From: Candidatus Multivoradales bacterium | GTDB lineage: Bacteria > Acidobacteriota > Thermoanaerobaculia > Multivoradales > J023 | DNA length: 64,000 nt | Reading direction: 5' to 3' | Assembly: GCA_965248925.1 (NCBI GenBank) | Contig: CBDFLE010000006.1 | Location: 2,816,001-2,880,000, forward strand | In this document: in pieces, positions 49,206-58,349 of the stretch | Numbering within the stretch: the stretch's first letter is position 1 | How the letters are laid out: every line of letters starts with the position of its first letter | Program-made: the position numbers and the translations under genes | The notes under the pieces: model-generated | Seen by the model: only the letters and a program-made list of their open reading frames with translations | Database searches by the model: none | What the model was told of the DNA's origin: nothing

Positions 49206-49955
49206 ATGTCTGGTCATAGTAAGTGGAGCACGATCAAGCGTAAGAAAGGGGCGATTGACGCCAAGCGTGGCAAGGTCTTCACCCGCATCCTGCGCGAGGT
49301 GACGGTTGCCGCCAAACTCGGCGGCGGTGACCCCAGCGCCAATCCCCGTCTGCGGTCCGCGGTGCAAGATGCCAAAGCCAACAATCTGCCCAAGGACAAG
49401 TTGGAACGGGCGATCAAGAAAGGCACCGGCGAACTCGAAGGGGAAACCTACGAGGAAATCACCTACGAAGGCTATGGTCCAGGAGGAGTCGCCGTTCTGG
49501 TGCAGACCATGACCGACAACAAGAATCGGACCGTCGGCGAGGTTCGCCACCTGTTTGGCCGGCATGGTGGCAACCTGGGAGAGAACGGCTGTGTCAGCTG
49601 GAAGTTCGACCAGCGAGGCTATCTTGCCATCGATCCCGGTGAGATGGACGAAGACGCCTTCATGGAACTCGCTCTGGAACTCGGCGCTGAGGACATCGCC
49701 ACTGAGAAGGGTGCCTACGAGATCTTCACCGCCCCTGCCGACTACAACGGCATCAAAGAGGCTCTAGAAGAGCGCGAAATCACCGTCGCCTTGGCCGAAT
49801 TGGCAATGATTCCGCAGACCACCATGGAGCTGGATCAGAAAGCTCTTGGCAAAGTCCTGCGGCTGCTCGAAGCTCTTGAGGACCAAGACGATGTTCAGCA
49901 CGTCTGGGCTGATTTCGACGCCGATGAGAGCGCTCTGGAAAGCGCCGCGAGTTGA
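49206..49955 (+). CDS. yebC: YebC/PmpR family protein
   Basis: [36 protein letters not shown]. Confidence 0.96.
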   Translation: MSGHSKWSTIKRKKGAIDAKRGKVFTRILREVTVAAKLGGGDPSANPRLRSAVQDAKANNLPKDKLERAIKKGTGELEGETYEEITYEGYGPGGVAVLVQTMTDNKNRTVGEVRHLFGRHGGNLGENGCVSWKFDQRGYLAIDPGEMDEDAFMELALELGAEDIATEKGAYEIFTAPADYNGIKEALEEREITVALAELAMIPQTTMELDQKALGKVLRLLEALEDQDDVQHVWADFDADESALESAAS

Positions 49956-49969
49956 ACCGGCGCTCCGCG

Positions 49970-50485
49970 ATGCGAATCCTCGGCATCGATCCAGGCAGCC
50001 TGCACACCGGCTATGGTGTGGTTGATCGGCAAGGCTCAAAGCTGCAAACCGTGGCGCATGGCAGGATCTCTTGCTCCCGTGGCCAGCCGCTGGCCGAGCG
50101 CCTGTGCCGCCTCAGCCGCCAGCTCGACCAGTTGCTCACCCAGCACCAGCCAGACGCCGTCGTTCTGGAGGCCCTCTTCCATGGCGTCAATCCGCGTTCG
50201 CTGATCGTTCTGGCGCAGGCCAGAGGAGCCCTGCTGGTTACCCTGGCGCTTGCTGGACTGGAAGTCACCGAATACTCGCCGGCAGAGATCAAGATGGCCG
50301 TGACCGGCAACGGTCGGGCCGACAAGGGGCAAGTGGAGCAGATGGTGAAGCTGGTGCTGGGACTGGGCACTAGCCAGCTGGCGCCAGACGCCAGCGATGC
50401 TTTGGCGGCGGCCATCTGTTTCGCTCAGCGATTTCGAGTGGATCGCTTGCAGCGCCGGGTGGGAAGGCCGAGCACCCAGCCATAA
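49970..50485 (+). CDS. ruvC: Holliday junction resolvase
   Basis: ILGIDPG, QARG, K.AVTGNG.A.K.QV, DA.DALA.A. Confidence 0.95.
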   Translation: MRILGIDPGSLHTGYGVVDRQGSKLQTVAHGRISCSRGQPLAERLCRLSRQLDQLLTQHQPDAVVLEALFHGVNPRSLIVLAQARGALLVTLALAGLEVTEYSPAEIKMAVTGNGRADKGQVEQMVKLVLGLGTSQLAPDASDALAAAICFAQRFRVDRLQRRVGRPSTQP

Positions 50486-50524
50486 ACACTGCAATCAAAC
50501 AACTTGTGATCCACGAGGAGATTC

Positions 50525-50554
50525 TTGACCGGTCATTTTCGCCTATGCTAAGCT
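50525..50554 (+). promoter_or_regulatory. Candidate sigma70 promoter of exbB operon with palindrome over -35
   Basis: TTGACC-N18-TAAGCT with extended TG; TGACCGGTCA palindrome at 50526-50535. Confidence 0.55.
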
Positions 50555-50589
50555 GCGGGAAGTTTAAGGCAAGAGAAGCTCCAAGAGAA

Positions 50590-50676
50590 ACTGGGAACAG
50601 GACCCGCGTCACGCGGGTCTAAGTAGCTCAGACACTGGGAACGAGACCCGCGCCACGCGGGGCTAACTGGCTCAGA
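50590..50676 (+). repeat. Two tandem 43-bp hairpin-containing direct repeats in exbB leader
   Basis: ACTGGGAACAGGACCCGCGTCACGCGGGTCTAAGTAGCTCAGA and ACTGGGAACGAGACCCGCGCCACGCGGGGCTAACTGGCTCAGA, 37/43 identical. Confidence 0.9.
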
Positions 50677-50688
50677 GGAGGAAGAAGG

Positions 50689-51369
50689 TTGGAAATTGGC
50701 GGAACATTGATGGGTTACGTGAAGCAAGGAGGCTTGTTCATGTGGCCTCTACTGATTTTCTCCGTCGTCGCCCTGGCGGTAATCTTCGAGCGCTGGTTTG
50801 CTCTGCGCAAGGCAAACATTAACGTCAACGAGTTTCTGGGCAAGATCCGGAAGTCGTTGGTGGTCAATAAGTCTGTGCGGGACGCCATCAAGGTCTGCGA
50901 GCAGTATCGCGGACCGGTTGCCTCGATCATGAAGGCCGGCCTTCTCAAGTACGGCCAGCCCAGGGAAGACATCGAGAAAAGCATCGAAAATGCCGCACTG
51001 TACGAGATGAGTCGTCTCGAGCGAGGCTTGGTGGTCCTGGCGACCATTGCCAACGTCGCGCCGTTGATCGGCTTCCTCGGCACGGTGACAGGCATGATCC
51101 GTTCCTTCGACGCTCTGTCGCAGGCGGGTCTGACGAATCCGGGTTTGGTGGCCGAGGGTATCTCCGAGGCCCTCATTACTACGGCTGCCGGTCTCATCGT
51201 GGCTGTTCCCACCCAGATCGCCTACAACTACTTCATGGCCAACATCAACAAGAAGGTGCGGGATATCGAAACCTCCACCAACATGTTGTTGGAGACCTTT
51301 GGTGAGATGGAGCGTGACGGGATTGCGGCTGACACGGCTGCCGGCGGAAGCGCCGCGGCTAGAAAGTAA
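50689..51369 (+). CDS. exbB: MotA/TolQ/ExbB proton channel protein
   Basis: APLIGFLGTVTGMI..F, GISEALITTAAGL. Confidence 0.92.
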   Translation: MEIGGTLMGYVKQGGLFMWPLLIFSVVALAVIFERWFALRKANINVNEFLGKIRKSLVVNKSVRDAIKVCEQYRGPVASIMKAGLLKYGQPREDIEKSIENAALYEMSRLERGLVVLATIANVAPLIGFLGTVTGMIRSFDALSQAGLTNPGLVAEGISEALITTAAGLIVAVPTQIAYNYFMANINKKVRDIETSTNMLLETFGEMERDGIAADTAAGGSAAARK

Positions 51370-51390
51370 CGGACCACGGGGCAAGGCGAC

Positions 51391-51819
51391 ATGCGTCTAA
51401 GAGCACGACACCAGCAAGGGGCAGTGGTCCCGACATCTTCGATGGCCGACATCGCTTTTCTTCTGATCGTCTTCTTCATGGTGACGATCACCTTCGAAAA
51501 GGATAAGACCCAGGTATCGCTGCCACGCACCGACCTGCGGTATGAAATCCCCAAGGAGGCCGCCTACATCTCGGTGACTGCGAATCGCCAGATCCGAGTG
51601 ACCGACGGCGAAGAGATGAGTATTGCGGTTGATCTCGCGGATGTCGTATCGTTCGCTGCCAATCTGGTGTCGCGCTTCCCCGACCGTCCGGTAGTGCTCA
51701 AGGCTGATGCCGACGTGCCCTACGAGCAAGTCGACAAAATCATAGACTCGCTGAAGCAGGCCAAGGTCGAGCTGATCTACTTGCTTTCCGAGCAGAAAAC
51801 GGTCGACAACCCAGGCTGA
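51391..51819 (+). CDS. exbD: ExbD/TolR family protein 1
   Basis: SSMADIAFLLIVFFMV TM with essential Asp, KAD..V.Y..V..IID.LK. Confidence 0.92.
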   Translation: MRLRARHQQGAVVPTSSMADIAFLLIVFFMVTITFEKDKTQVSLPRTDLRYEIPKEAAYISVTANRQIRVTDGEEMSIAVDLADVVSFAANLVSRFPDRPVVLKADADVPYEQVDKIIDSLKQAKVELIYLLSEQKTVDNPG

Positions 51820-51832
51820 GGAAGAGGCACGG

Positions 51833-52351
51833 ATGAAACTGAAGAAAGAAAGCCCCGATGCCGAAATCCCGGCCTCCTCGATGGCGGACATCGCCTTCTT
51901 GCTGATCGTCTATTTCATGGTCACCACCACCTTCGCGGCAACTCGCGGTCTCGACTTCGCGCTGCCGAAGGACGACGACACACCGCCGATTATCGAGAAG
52001 GAAGATTCGGTCTTGGTCGAGATCGACAGCAACGGTCAGTTGATAGTTGACCAGAAGCCCATGGAGCTCAAGGAGATCCTCGGCTACCTGGCCCCCAAGC
52101 TGGAGACGAATCCGAAAAAACCGGTGATCATCAGGCCCGAAAGCAACGCGCCCTACGGCAAGATGGTGCAGGTCTTCGACAAACTCAGGCAAGGAAAGGT
52201 GATCGATTCCAAAGAAGAAGAAGGGGTCAAGAAGCTGGTTTGGTTAGACGAGCAGGTGCACCCCGGAGTGACCAAGGAACTGCTAGAGGAAGGGAAAGAC
52301 ATCAATGTCACGATTCCCACTCAGCGTGAGATAGACGCATTCTGGTTCTGA
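51833..52351 (+). CDS. exbD: ExbD/TolR family protein 2
   Basis: SSMADIAFLLIVYFMV, Y..MV.VFD.L. Confidence 0.9.
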   Translation: MKLKKESPDAEIPASSMADIAFLLIVYFMVTTTFAATRGLDFALPKDDDTPPIIEKEDSVLVEIDSNGQLIVDQKPMELKEILGYLAPKLETNPKKPVIIRPESNAPYGKMVQVFDKLRQGKVIDSKEEEGVKKLVWLDEQVHPGVTKELLEEGKDINVTIPTQREIDAFWF

Positions 52352-52442
52352 CGCCGCACGAGTTAGGCGCTGTCTGATTCTGATGTTGCTTCGCTTAAGT
52401 ACTGCCCGCTGCTGCTACTCTGCTACCTGGAGATGATCGCAA

Positions 52443-53153
52443 ATGGCTGATAAGACATCCCCCAGCTCTTCGCTCAAGGACGATCTCGAGCAGGGTGAGT
52501 TCGTTACCTTCGCTCACGAAGAAGAAGAGGACACCAAGAATCGCAAGGTGTTTTATGCCGTAGCGATTATCTTCCACTTTGCTTTTCTCATCTGGAATTT
52601 CCCCGAATTCAACTCCGCGGCTGAGGTCGTAGCTGACAAGAAGAAAGTCTACGTGGTCCAGCAGGTGCGCTTTCAGCCGCCACCGCCGAAGCAAAAGCAG
52701 GAGATTCCGAAGCAGAAGTCGAAGAAAGTGCCGATCCCTGACCCGACTCCGGACGAGCCCGAGCCGATTCGCCTGGACGAGCCCGAGCCAGAACTCGATC
52801 TGCCGCAGCTCGACGACATAGTCTTTGGAATTCCCGATGCGCCGCCGATAGCCGAGCCCGAAGGGCCGATCCACGTCGGTGGTGATGTCAGAGCGCCGGA
52901 CAAGCTCGAATCCCCGCAGCCGCAGTACACGGAGATCGCCCGCAAAGCACGCATCCAAGGGGTAGTGATCGTTCAGGCGATCATCGACAAGCAGGGCGAG
53001 GTCACCAACGTCAAGGTTCTCAAGGGCCTGCCGATGGGCCTCTCTGAGGAAGCGGTCAAGGCGATCAAGCGCTGGAAATTCAAGCCGGCTACGCTCAACG
53101 GCAAGCCCGTCGACGTCTACTACAACCTGACGGTGAACTTCCGTCTGCAGTAG
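52443..53153 (+). CDS. tonB: TonB family energy transducer
   Basis: TM with His, Pro/Glu-rich linker, [16 protein letters not shown]...WKFKPA..NG.PV. Confidence 0.92.
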   Translation: MADKTSPSSSLKDDLEQGEFVTFAHEEEEDTKNRKVFYAVAIIFHFAFLIWNFPEFNSAAEVVADKKKVYVVQQVRFQPPPPKQKQEIPKQKSKKVPIPDPTPDEPEPIRLDEPEPELDLPQLDDIVFGIPDAPPIAEPEGPIHVGGDVRAPDKLESPQPQYTEIARKARIQGVVIVQAIIDKQGEVTNVKVLKGLPMGLSEEAVKAIKRWKFKPATLNGKPVDVYYNLTVNFRLQ

Positions 53154-53194
53154 ACGACTCAATAAAGACGCTTGAGACTCCAAGAGCAGAACCG

Positions 53195-54016
53195 ATGGCC
53201 TTTCAAGGGTCGCTGAAAGAGCTCCCGCTGCCGGACATCATCCAACTGGTGTCGGTTTCCGGTAAGACGGGGGTTTTCGCGCTAGAGACTGGAGACCAGA
53301 CGGGAGAGATTTATCTCGTCGACGGAGCCATCGTAGATGCCCGAGTGGGGGATGTGCGGGGGGAAGAAGCGATCTACGAACTAGCCATCTGGCAAGAAGG
53401 CGAGTTCCTCTTCAATCCCGGAATTAAGGCCGAAGAGCGTACGGTCAGCAAGACCAACACCAACCTCTTGATGGAGGCGGCCCGCCGCATCGATGAGTGG
53501 CAGGTGCTGTCGAAGCGCATCCCGTCGACGCGGGTCGTACCGGTGTTTACCAGTCAGGGTTCAACAAGCTCGGTTTCCTTTACTCCTCGTGAGTGGTCGG
53601 TGATTTGCAAGATTGATGAACGGCGGACCATTGAACAGCTAGCGGTTGTGCTCGGCATGAGCGCTTTTGATGTCTGCAAGTTGCTCTACGGATTGGTCAC
53701 TGCAGGACTGGTAGAACTGCAAGAAAGCAGCAGCGGAGTGCCAGCAGAGCGTCTCGAGAGCTTGGCGACAGCCGAATTGGTTGATGTTGCCGGCAAGATC
53801 TATGAGCAGGCTAAAACCCTTTTGGCCGCCAACCCGGAGAAGCTGCCAGAGATCGAGGCGGCTTCGCGTCGCACTCAAACAGAAATGGAATCCGGGCGTG
53901 GCGCTCAGGCGGTTCTTGACCTGATCAATTCGCTCGAGAAAGTGGTTTCGGCCGCGCTGGGGCCCAATCAATCCCAGCTATTCGTCGATCGAGTCAATCA
54001 ACTGCTGAGCGGTTGA
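53195..54016 (+). CDS. DUF4388 (PATAN-like) domain protein
   Basis: MAFQGSLKELPLPDIIQL..SGKTG, W.EGEF.F, LLMEAARRIDEW. Confidence 0.85.
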   Translation: MAFQGSLKELPLPDIIQLVSVSGKTGVFALETGDQTGEIYLVDGAIVDARVGDVRGEEAIYELAIWQEGEFLFNPGIKAEERTVSKTNTNLLMEAARRIDEWQVLSKRIPSTRVVPVFTSQGSTSSVSFTPREWSVICKIDERRTIEQLAVVLGMSAFDVCKLLYGLVTAGLVELQESSSGVPAERLESLATAELVDVAGKIYEQAKTLLAANPEKLPEIEAASRRTQTEMESGRGAQAVLDLINSLEKVVSAALGPNQSQLFVDRVNQLLSG

Positions 54017-54104
54017 GGCTCCGCGGGCTCTCCCCTTTCCCTAACCCCGCCAATCGGGTTCTGGGCCACGGACTTCAGCGAGCTGCGTCGAAAGGAGTTA
54101 AGAA

Positions 54105-55259
54105 ATGCGTAAGTCATCCTTGATTTGGGTTCTTCTCTGGTTGTTGGCCTTGCCTGCCTGGGCAGGTTGGGACGAGGGTGTAGCAGCCTTCAAGGCGGGA
54201 GATTTCAAAGCTGCAGAACAGCAATTTCGGGGCGTTGTCAAGCAGAGTCCCGATGGCTATCAAAGCCACTACATGCTCGGTCTCAGCTTGCAGCGGATCA
54301 ATCGCAAGGAAGAGGCCTTGGCCAGCTTGCGTAAAGCCTACGACCTGAATCCCAACGATCTACCGGTGAAGATGGCGCTTGGCCAGTCCTACCGTGCGAT
54401 GCGCCGGTTTGGCGACGCTGCCCAGCTGTTGGCGAAGATTGATGCCTCGACAGTGCCCAGCAATCAGCGCCAACAGTTCTACCAGATGCGGGCCGAGGCA
54501 TACTTCCGCAGCAACAACATGCCGAGAGCTCTCGCGGACTTCAAGCAACGAGCCGCCCTACTGCCCAACGATGCCCAGGCGCAGTACACCTATGGCTCGA
54601 CGGCCCTCAGTCAAGGGCAATCGTCGGCGGGCCTGGCGGCACTCAAGAAAGCTAACTCGCTGGCGCCCTCTGACAGCAAGATCGCCAAGATCTACGTCAA
54701 AGGGCTGATCAAGCAGGGGCAGGTACCCGGAGATAAGGCATCCAAGAAGCGCTTCTATATGCAGGCTGCCAGTATTGCCAAGAAGTTGGCAGCTGCCAGC
54801 CCGACCTACGACCACCTGATGCTCCAACTCTCAGCCGAACTCGGAGCAGGCCTCTATGGCCGAGCAGCTGAGACGGGCAAGGTGGCGATCTCTAAGAATG
54901 GTGCAGACTGGCTACCGCACTACTACGTCGGCCAAGCCTTCACTTCCATCGGTCAGTTTAGCGAAGCGCTGACGCCGCTGCAGACCGCGCTGGCCAAAGT
55001 AGGATCGACCAAAGACAAGAATAGAGTCTACCTCCAACTGGGCTACATGTTCTCGAAGCAGAAAGACTATGCCAAGTCAATCGAGGCATACAATCGCGGC
55101 GGTCATGGTGAGAGGGCTGCTAAAGTTCTGGAGATTCAGGAGACAGATAAATACAACTCCAAGGTGGAGGAAGAGAACAAAGTCATCCAGGAGATGAAGG
55201 CTGAAGCGGCTCGCTTGGAAGCGGAGATGGCAGCCTTAGAGGGTGGCGGCGGCCGTTGA
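54105..55259 (+). CDS. Secreted TPR protein
   Basis: Signal peptide ending AWA, multiple TPR repeats, coiled-coil tail. Confidence 0.85.
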   Translation: MRKSSLIWVLLWLLALPAWAGWDEGVAAFKAGDFKAAEQQFRGVVKQSPDGYQSHYMLGLSLQRINRKEEALASLRKAYDLNPNDLPVKMALGQSYRAMRRFGDAAQLLAKIDASTVPSNQRQQFYQMRAEAYFRSNNMPRALADFKQRAALLPNDAQAQYTYGSTALSQGQSSAGLAALKKANSLAPSDSKIAKIYVKGLIKQGQVPGDKASKKRFYMQAASIAKKLAAASPTYDHLMLQLSAELGAGLYGRAAETGKVAISKNGADWLPHYYVGQAFTSIGQFSEALTPLQTALAKVGSTKDKNRVYLQLGYMFSKQKDYAKSIEAYNRGGHGERAAKVLEIQETDKYNSKVEEENKVIQEMKAEAARLEAEMAALEGGGGR

Positions 55260-55285
55260 TCGCTAAGGCCTTGTCGGATCGGCAC

Positions 55286-55311
55286 GAGCAGGGGGTTAGG
55301 CCCCCTGTTCT
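55286..55311 (+). terminator. Possible terminator hairpin
   Basis: GAGCAGGGGG-TTAGG-CCCCCTGTTC, weak U-tract. Confidence 0.45.
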
Positions 55312-55348
55312 CATATGTGGCTGGAACATGACGCGGTAGTATAGGAGC

Positions 55349-56599
55349 ATGCACCATCCACTGGCTCGGCCACTCTTGCGCAGGCTTCTGCTGCTAGCCC
55401 TGCTGGCCGGTTTGCATTCTTGCCAGACTTCAGCGGCGCCCGCTGTAGACTTGGCAGAGCCCGCTGAGGCGGCAGCTCAGGTGGCTGAGGAGCGCGCCGA
55501 AACGGCCGCCGGCCCGAACACTGAGCCGGAAAGGCGTGACCAGCTTCTACCACAACTCGACATCTACGTGCCCGAAGGCCGGCTCGATCTTCGTCTCGGT
55601 CGCCTGGTGAAGAACTCACTCTTCGAGGGGCAAATCAAGTACGACTTCGTTGGTGGCGATATCTCGGCATTTCTACGCTATCGCTACTATGGCTATCGCG
55701 CGATCTATCAATTGGGGTTGTTCGATTCAGTGGAATTCTCGGATCTTGGCGAGTTGGACAACGATTTTGAGCGAGTGCGGGGCATCCTCTTCCTGACCGA
55801 GTTTCCACACAGTTATCACTATCGGACCTTCTGTCTAGTAGAAGTCGACCGCTTGCAGAGCAGCAAGGAGGAACTGCGATTCTCCAACGAGCGCACAAAC
55901 ACCTTCGTCCGCCTCGGCTTCCAGCGCGGCACACCCGACGACGAGCGCTCCAACTCGATCGCTGGCGAAACGCGTGCACGGGCTGAGAACCTGCTCACCG
56001 CTCACCGCAAGATTGGCCCTTCACAAGCTGGCTTTACCGCCGCTTTAACCTACTCTTTCGACTTCATCGGCGCTGATTTCGACTACCTTAGATTCGAGTT
56101 CGAAGCCCTCAAGCGATTCGATCTCAGCCCCAGGGTGTTCGCCATAGCGAGAGCCCACGGCGGCTCGTTCCTGACCAAGAAACAGGTCCGAGAAGGCACC
56201 GACATCCCCTTGCCTGACCGATTCTCGATTCCCCGCAGCGAGCTCTTTCGCCTCGACGGCCGGGAAAACCTGAAAGGGGTTGAACAGAAGATCTTCGGCA
56301 CCGAGGAGTTTCACACCACCTTAGAGCTCTTCGTGCCGTGGTTCATTGACCGCTCCCGGAGCTTCTTGGGCCTCGATTGGCAAAACTTCTATTGGGTGCT
56401 CTATGGTGGCGCTGGTATTGCGGGATTTGACAGCGAAGTGTTCAGCGACTTCGACAACTACATCCCAGATGCGGGGCTTGGGTTCGAAGCCTCGTTCAAG
56501 CTCCGCGATTACACCTTCTTTCTCGGTGCCATCGTTGCTGAGGCGCTGCGTGGAGCGGGCGGTGTGGAAACTCACCTGGTGTTGAAGTCCTATCACTGA
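55349..56599 (+). CDS. Probable outer-membrane beta-barrel lipoprotein (Omp85 C-terminal-like)
   Basis: Lipobox-like LHSC, amphipathic beta strands, F.LDG..NL.G loop resembling Omp85 loop 6, G.G...F terminal strands. Confidence 0.55.
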   Translation: MHHPLARPLLRRLLLLALLAGLHSCQTSAAPAVDLAEPAEAAAQVAEERAETAAGPNTEPERRDQLLPQLDIYVPEGRLDLRLGRLVKNSLFEGQIKYDFVGGDISAFLRYRYYGYRAIYQLGLFDSVEFSDLGELDNDFERVRGILFLTEFPHSYHYRTFCLVEVDRLQSSKEELRFSNERTNTFVRLGFQRGTPDDERSNSIAGETRARAENLLTAHRKIGPSQAGFTAALTYSFDFIGADFDYLRFEFEALKRFDLSPRVFAIARAHGGSFLTKKQVREGTDIPLPDRFSIPRSELFRLDGRENLKGVEQKIFGTEEFHTTLELFVPWFIDRSRSFLGLDWQNFYWVLYGGAGIAGFDSEVFSDFDNYIPDAGLGFEASFKLRDYTFFLGAIVAEALRGAGGVETHLVLKSYH

Positions 56600-56636
56600 G
56601 AATTTCTCAGCCCCCCGGCAGACCGGGCCGGTGCAA

Positions 56637-57560
56637 CTAATCCGCGTCAGCCTTGTCATCGACGCTACCGAGATCCTCGCGGTGCAGGGATGCCACCGCG
56701 CCCACCAAGCCGGCCAAGCCGCCGAGGCCGATCAAGGCCATCGATTGTAGTGGGCGGAGGAACTCAGTGGCCATGACCGAAGCCATCGCTCGGCCCTCTG
56801 TTTGGCCAAGAAGCGCCAGGTGACCGCTCCACAAGGCGATCAGCGCCAGCACCGCGCCGGCCAGCCCCTGCAGCAGGCCTTCAGCATAGAAGGGGCCACG
56901 AATGAAAAACTCGGTGGCGCCTACCAACCGCATGACCGCGATCTCCTCCCGATACAGATAAACCGTCAAGCGAATGACGCTGGCAATAGTGAAAACGGCC
57001 GTGCCGAGCAGAATTCCGCCCAGCAACAAGCCCAGTCCCCGCAACACCAGAATGACGGCTTGCAGCTGCGCCAACCAATCGCGATCATCGTCTACCATCG
57101 ACACTGCAGGGTCCGCTCGCAGGTCGCCCAGCCAGGCAGCTAGGGCGGCCGGTTCGACCTCTGCCCAGTGCAGCCGAGCCTCGAACGATGGCGGCAGCGG
57201 CTCATCGCTCCAGCCATCCAGCAGATCCGCCATACTGGGGAAGGTCTGACGAAAGCGCTCTCCCGCCTCCTCGGCGCTGACTGCTCTGAGTTCAACCACC
57301 CACGGAGGCTGGCTCGCCTGCGCGTGGACGCGATCGAAAGCGTCCAAGTCAGTATCTGGCTGTAGATAGACCACGATCCGGCTCTTCCCCTGCCAGTGGT
57401 CGATCTGCCGCTGTAGGTTGGTGCTGATAAGAAGAAAAACGCCCGCCAGAAAGATGCTGACCGTGATCGTCAGCAGCGCCAGCAGGCTGATTCTCCAGCC
57501 TCGGACCAAGCTGAGCAGGGCCTCGCGAGCGAAGTAGGCAAGGGCCTGAGAAAAACTCAA
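56637..57560 (-). CDS. ftsX: Cell division permease FtsX
   Basis: PLP.S, IRL.VY.YREEI.VMRLVGAT..FIRGPF..EG. Confidence 0.92.
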   Translation of the reverse strand: MSFSQALAYFAREALLSLVRGWRISLLALLTITVSIFLAGVFLLISTNLQRQIDHWQGKSRIVVYLQPDTDLDAFDRVHAQASQPPWVVELRAVSAEEAGERFRQTFPSMADLLDGWSDEPLPPSFEARLHWAEVEPAALAAWLGDLRADPAVSMVDDDRDWLAQLQAVILVLRGLGLLLGGILLGTAVFTIASVIRLTVYLYREEIAVMRLVGATEFFIRGPFYAEGLLQGLAGAVLALIALWSGHLALLGQTEGRAMASVMATEFLRPLQSMALIGLGGLAGLVGAVASLHREDLGSVDDKADAD

Positions 57561-58321
57561 GAATCGGCCCCTGCGTCGACCGCCTCCGTTTCAGAGTCGG
57601 CCTGTGAGCGCTCGCCGCCTGCGGTGGAGGCGTGAAGAGAAAGTCCAGGCCTTGCTCGTTCCGCGTCGTCGGCCGCCAACCTACCTCGGTGAAGGGTCAG
57701 TACTCGCTTGCCCAGACGCTCAATTATGCTGCGGTCATGGGTTGCTAGCACCACCGTACTCCCCTGGCTTTGAATCTCCAGTAGCAGCTTGAGGATCTCG
57801 ATCGACAACTGTGGGTCGAGGTTGCCTGTAGGCTCGTCGGCAAGCAGGATGTCAGGGCTGTTGATCAGCGCGCGCGCAATCGCCACTCGCTGTTGCTCAC
57901 CTCCCGACAGCTGCCGCGGATAGGCGCTCATGCGATGGGCGAGCCCTACCCGGCGCAGGGTCTGGTAAGCCAACTGCTTCTGCTTGCGCGAGTTCAGCCC
58001 AAGCACTTTTGGCAAATAGCCAACATTCTCGAAAACCGTTTTTCGCGGAATCAAGCGAAAGTCCTGGAAGATCACGCCAATGGTGCGGCGCAGGTAGGGG
58101 ATCTTGCGCCTTGGGAGCGAGGATACGTTGCGGCCGTTGACGAGGATGTGCCCCGAGCTTGGTACCTCTTCTCGATAGATCAACTTGAGAAAAGTCGACT
58201 TGCCCGCACCACTCGGACCGGTCAAGAAGACCAACTGTCCACGCGGAATCTTCAGGGTGACATCGGCGAGACCAACTTGCCCTCCGGGGTAGCGCTTAGA
58301 AATGTTGAAGAACTCGATCAA
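57557..58321 (-). CDS. ftsE: Cell division ATP-binding protein FtsE
   Basis: [33 protein letters not shown]; adjacent to ftsX. Confidence 0.95.
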   Translation of the reverse strand: MIEFFNISKRYPGGQVGLADVTLKIPRGQLVFLTGPSGAGKSTFLKLIYREEVPSSGHILVNGRNVSSLPRRKIPYLRRTIGVIFQDFRLIPRKTVFENVGYLPKVLGLNSRKQKQLAYQTLRRVGLAHRMSAYPRQLSGGEQQRVAIARALINSPDILLADEPTGNLDPQLSIEILKLLLEIQSQGSTVVLATHDRSIIERLGKRVLTLHRGRLAADDAERARPGLSLHASTAGGERSQADSETEAVDAGADS

Positions 58322-58349
58322 GACTGCCTGCAACTTTCCCCAGACAGCC

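Noticed and set aside
50590-50676. Tandem hairpin units as a mini-CRISPR
   Set aside because: Only two units, separated by 1 nt with no spacer, no cas genes
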